From Octopus bimaculoides (lineage: Eukaryota), in assembly GCF_001194135.2 (NCBI RefSeq), contig NC_068982.1, positions 135,224,068 to 135,257,642 of the forward strand: a stretch of 33,575 bases of DNA, in the 5' to 3' direction. This document shows, in pieces, positions 30,961-33,575 of this stretch. Numbering within the stretch: position 1 is the first letter of the stretch; every line of letters begins with the position of its first letter. Made by a program: the position numbers and the translations under genes. The notes beneath the pieces are model-generated. The model was not told the DNA's origin. It did no database searches and saw only the letters and a list, made by a program, of their open reading frames with translations.

Positions 30961-31525
30961 TAAACGCTAACGCAGAACATCTAGGCAGTTAGGTGATACA
31001 AGAAAGGGACAAAGCATATAGATAGACGATACAAAGAAAACACTGACAGGTCATTTGGAGCTTTCTTTCTTCAGTCGAGATCCAGATTATCTTTGCAATT
31101 TCGGCTGGTTATTCTCGATATTGCTCCAATATGGTCAGCCCTAAGGAAAAACTAAGCTAAGAGCATTAGATTCCTTGGAAGAAAGCAGCGAATGTATACA
31201 AAAACAAGGACGGAAAAAAAACGAACAATGTCACACAAATACAGTAAAAATAATAACAGGACATAACAACGGATAGTCATATACGTATATATCTGATCGG
31301 TTGCACATTCATAGTGTATGCATTTTGGTGATATACATCAAATTTGCTGCGGATTATAGCGTCCGGAGAAAACTCCTCAGACAACGTCGAGTGTTAAAGA
31401 ACGCCTGAATGTCACAGACCACCCAAAACAACTTGTCTCATAATCATCGAGAATGGTAGATATCAATGTTTCGTCATTATTATGGCTTATGAATACCATG
31501 TTCTATGGCCATCTCAAAGTCAAGT

Positions 31526-31597
31526 GAATCATTGGTCTATGGCTTATATGCAAATAGAGCGAAGTCTCTTTGCATATAAGTCATAGAGCAGGCATTC
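31526..31597. ncRNA. Pri-miRNA-like hairpin (candidate only)
   Basis: 18 consecutive pairs (31536-31553 with 31570-31587, one G-U), a 4-bp apical stem and an imperfect basal stem of about 10 bp. Confidence 0.35.
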
Positions 31598-31679
31598 TCT
31601 TCCTTTTGTTTTGTCATCCATTGTCGGGTTTGAAGCTAAATAGTCTGGTCGGTTATATCCATTTAGAGTAGAATCTTTA

Positions 31680-32280
31680 TTTGTTTCAGTTATTGGATTG
31701 TGGCTATGCTGGGGAACTACCTTGAAAGGTTTAATCGGATAAACTGACCCCGGGATTTATATTTTGAAGCCTAGAACTTATTCTGCTGGCTTCTTTTGCC
31801 GAAACGCTGAGTTACGTGGATGCAGCAAGCCAATACTAGTTGCCAAGCGGTGTAGGGGACAAGCACGCCACCCCCTACACGGCTGTCTTTCAAACATTTT
31901 CCTTCTACCAAATTTACTCTCAAGGCATTGTTCGGTTTGGGGTTATACTAAAAGACACTCGGCCAAGGTGCCGCGCAGTGAGACTGAACCCTAAACCATG
32001 TGGTTTCAAAGCGAACATCTTCACCACAGTCATACCTGCGCCTATAGATAGACAGCGATGTCGTGGGATTCGGACAAAAGCAATGACACGCACGCGCACA
32101 CAAATACACACACACCCCTATTCTCAACTGGTACTTATTTTATAAACTCTGTAAGGAGAAGGGCAAAATGGGCCTCAGTTGAATTTGAGCTTAAAGCGTA
32201 AAGCGGAAAGAAATGCTGCTCAGTATTCTGTCCGACGTGGTAACACTTCGTCCGGATTGCCGCCTTTCAATGCGCAGATA
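31680..32280 (-). mobile_element. Degraded SINE B (31680-32040) and SINE A (about 32125-32280)
   Basis: Reverse-complement matches to the B and A copies. Confidence 0.7.
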
Positions 32281-32561
32281 TTAGAAATAGATAGCTTAGG
32301 AGGATTTTACACATTTGTGCCAGAACATGTCAGTGTGCATGCTGACTTTATTACATTGGCATAGTAGTAAACCTCAGGCGTCATGGCGATAAATGAGGAT
32401 GACAAGAATCAAGTGAGATCGTCTGCAATGAATGATAACTTTGGGCTTTATTTGACACATTCTATTATTTATTCACTCAGCAAACACCCACATCTGTTGA
32501 CTATGAATGTCTTCTGTAGGAGAGGTGACAATCTTGTTATATTTAATGAACCTGGATCGAC

Positions 32562-32562
<1 letters not shown>

Positions 32563-32630
<68 letters not shown>

Positions 32631-32660
32631 GCTGTCTGTCTGTTTGTCTGTCTGTCTGTC

Positions 32661-32712
<52 letters not shown>
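32563..32712. repeat. Compound (TCTA)n-(TGTC)n-(TC)n microsatellite
   Basis: Seen directly. Confidence 0.95.
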
Positions 32713-32714
<2 letters not shown>

Positions 32715-32888
32715 GTTTACAAATATAGTATAGGTAAATTCAAGAAAAAAAAGTACTCCATCCAGAGAAAGGAAAATACTTATTTAATACACAATTACGA
32801 AAGAGTTACAAATAGTTTCATGCTTAGCGACACTTTAAATGTGCAAGTTTATAAAGCACGTCACGTATTTCCATGCAATCTTCCAGAC

Positions 32889-33196
32889 TCTGTTCATACG
32901 TTAGGTGTATTTAAAAACCAGGACGCTGGACTGTGAGAAAATGAAAAGAGAAACAATAGGAGAAAAATAAAAAGAAAATAGCGTGAAGACGCTTGATGCA
33001 AAAAGCAAAACAAGAAGTAAGAAAAGAAGCGTATTGCTTCTACAAACAAAGAGGACGAAGGTCTTAGTTTCTTTTCTTTTCTTTCTTCTTGTTCCAGTTT
33101 TTGAATCAACCATCACGTTTCCTCCACTCGGTTTTTTTTTCTTATTTTCTCAGTGTAGCGTCCTGGTTTTTAAATACTTCAAACGTATACACAGAA
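32889..33196. repeat. MITE-like fold-back with arms of about 60 bp
   Basis: Perfect 21-bp inverted core gtatttaaaaaccaggacgct at 32907-32927 / 33157-33177, with imperfect pairing on both sides. Confidence 0.8.
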
Positions 33197-33348
33197 CCTG
33201 AAAGAGTGCTTGGAGATTCATGGCGTGTTTAACACATCTGCCAATTTTATCTGCCAATATTTGAGGCAACGGAAATTGCCAAAACTGACTGTCAGTATAA
33301 GGAATTCTCGAACGGTGTTTTCGGTGGATTACAGTCTTTGACAGTATA

Positions 33349-33575
33349 GGCGTAGGAGTGGCTGTGCGGTAAGTAGCTTGCTTACCAACCACATAGTTCC
33401 GAGTTCAGTCCCACCGCGTGGCACCTTGAGCAAGTGTCTTCTACTATAGCCTCGGGCCGAGCAAAGCCTTGTGAGTGGATTTGGTAGACGGAAACTGAAA
33501 GAAGCCCGTCGTATATATGTGTATATATGTATATGTATGTGTGTGTATATGTTTGTGTGTCTGTGTTTGTCCCCC
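33349..33575 (+). mobile_element. SINE family B, young copy running off the window
   Basis: Near-identical to the heads at 15895 and 19194, with CpGs retained. Confidence 0.9.

Noticed and set aside
31040-31080. Minus-strand CTGAAGA...AAA hammerhead-like word
   Set aside because: G12 is missing, stem II does not pair, and stem I cannot form in register.

Overview
Eukaryotic, AT-rich, repeat-dense animal DNA. The SINE and microsatellite landscape looks like an Octopus genome (inference from recognised repeat families). The only intact protein-coding gene is a + strand paraoxonase/arylesterase (PON-family, Ca-dependent six-bladed beta-propeller lactonase). Eight GT-AG exons (682-11864) splice into one open frame of 334 codons plus stop; the first (signal/anchor) exon appears to lie upstream of the window. 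All Ca ligands and the His dyad are intact, but the D183/H184 positions read W/S. The rest is tRNA-derived SINEs (my working labels A-E, plus a LINE-tail repeat F), RTE-type LINE 3' remnants, Tc1/mariner, maT (DD37D) and Tigger remnants, a solo LTR, and micro/minisatellites. The most interesting signals are RNA structures: (1) a minimal type I hammerhead ribozyme in a short (TA)n-embedded cassette at 16584-16697; (2) a second hammerhead-like motif on the sense strand of PON intron 4, paired with its own antisense copy; (3) several fold-back elements, including two mariner MITEs built from duplicated 3' or 5' ends; (4) a pri-miRNA-like hairpin at 31526-31597; (5) a GC-rich structured island directly behind a 53-nt non-coding minus-strand exon candidate near 26.0-26.2 kb. 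Repeat boundaries are read by eye and approximate unless TSDs or TIRs are quoted.
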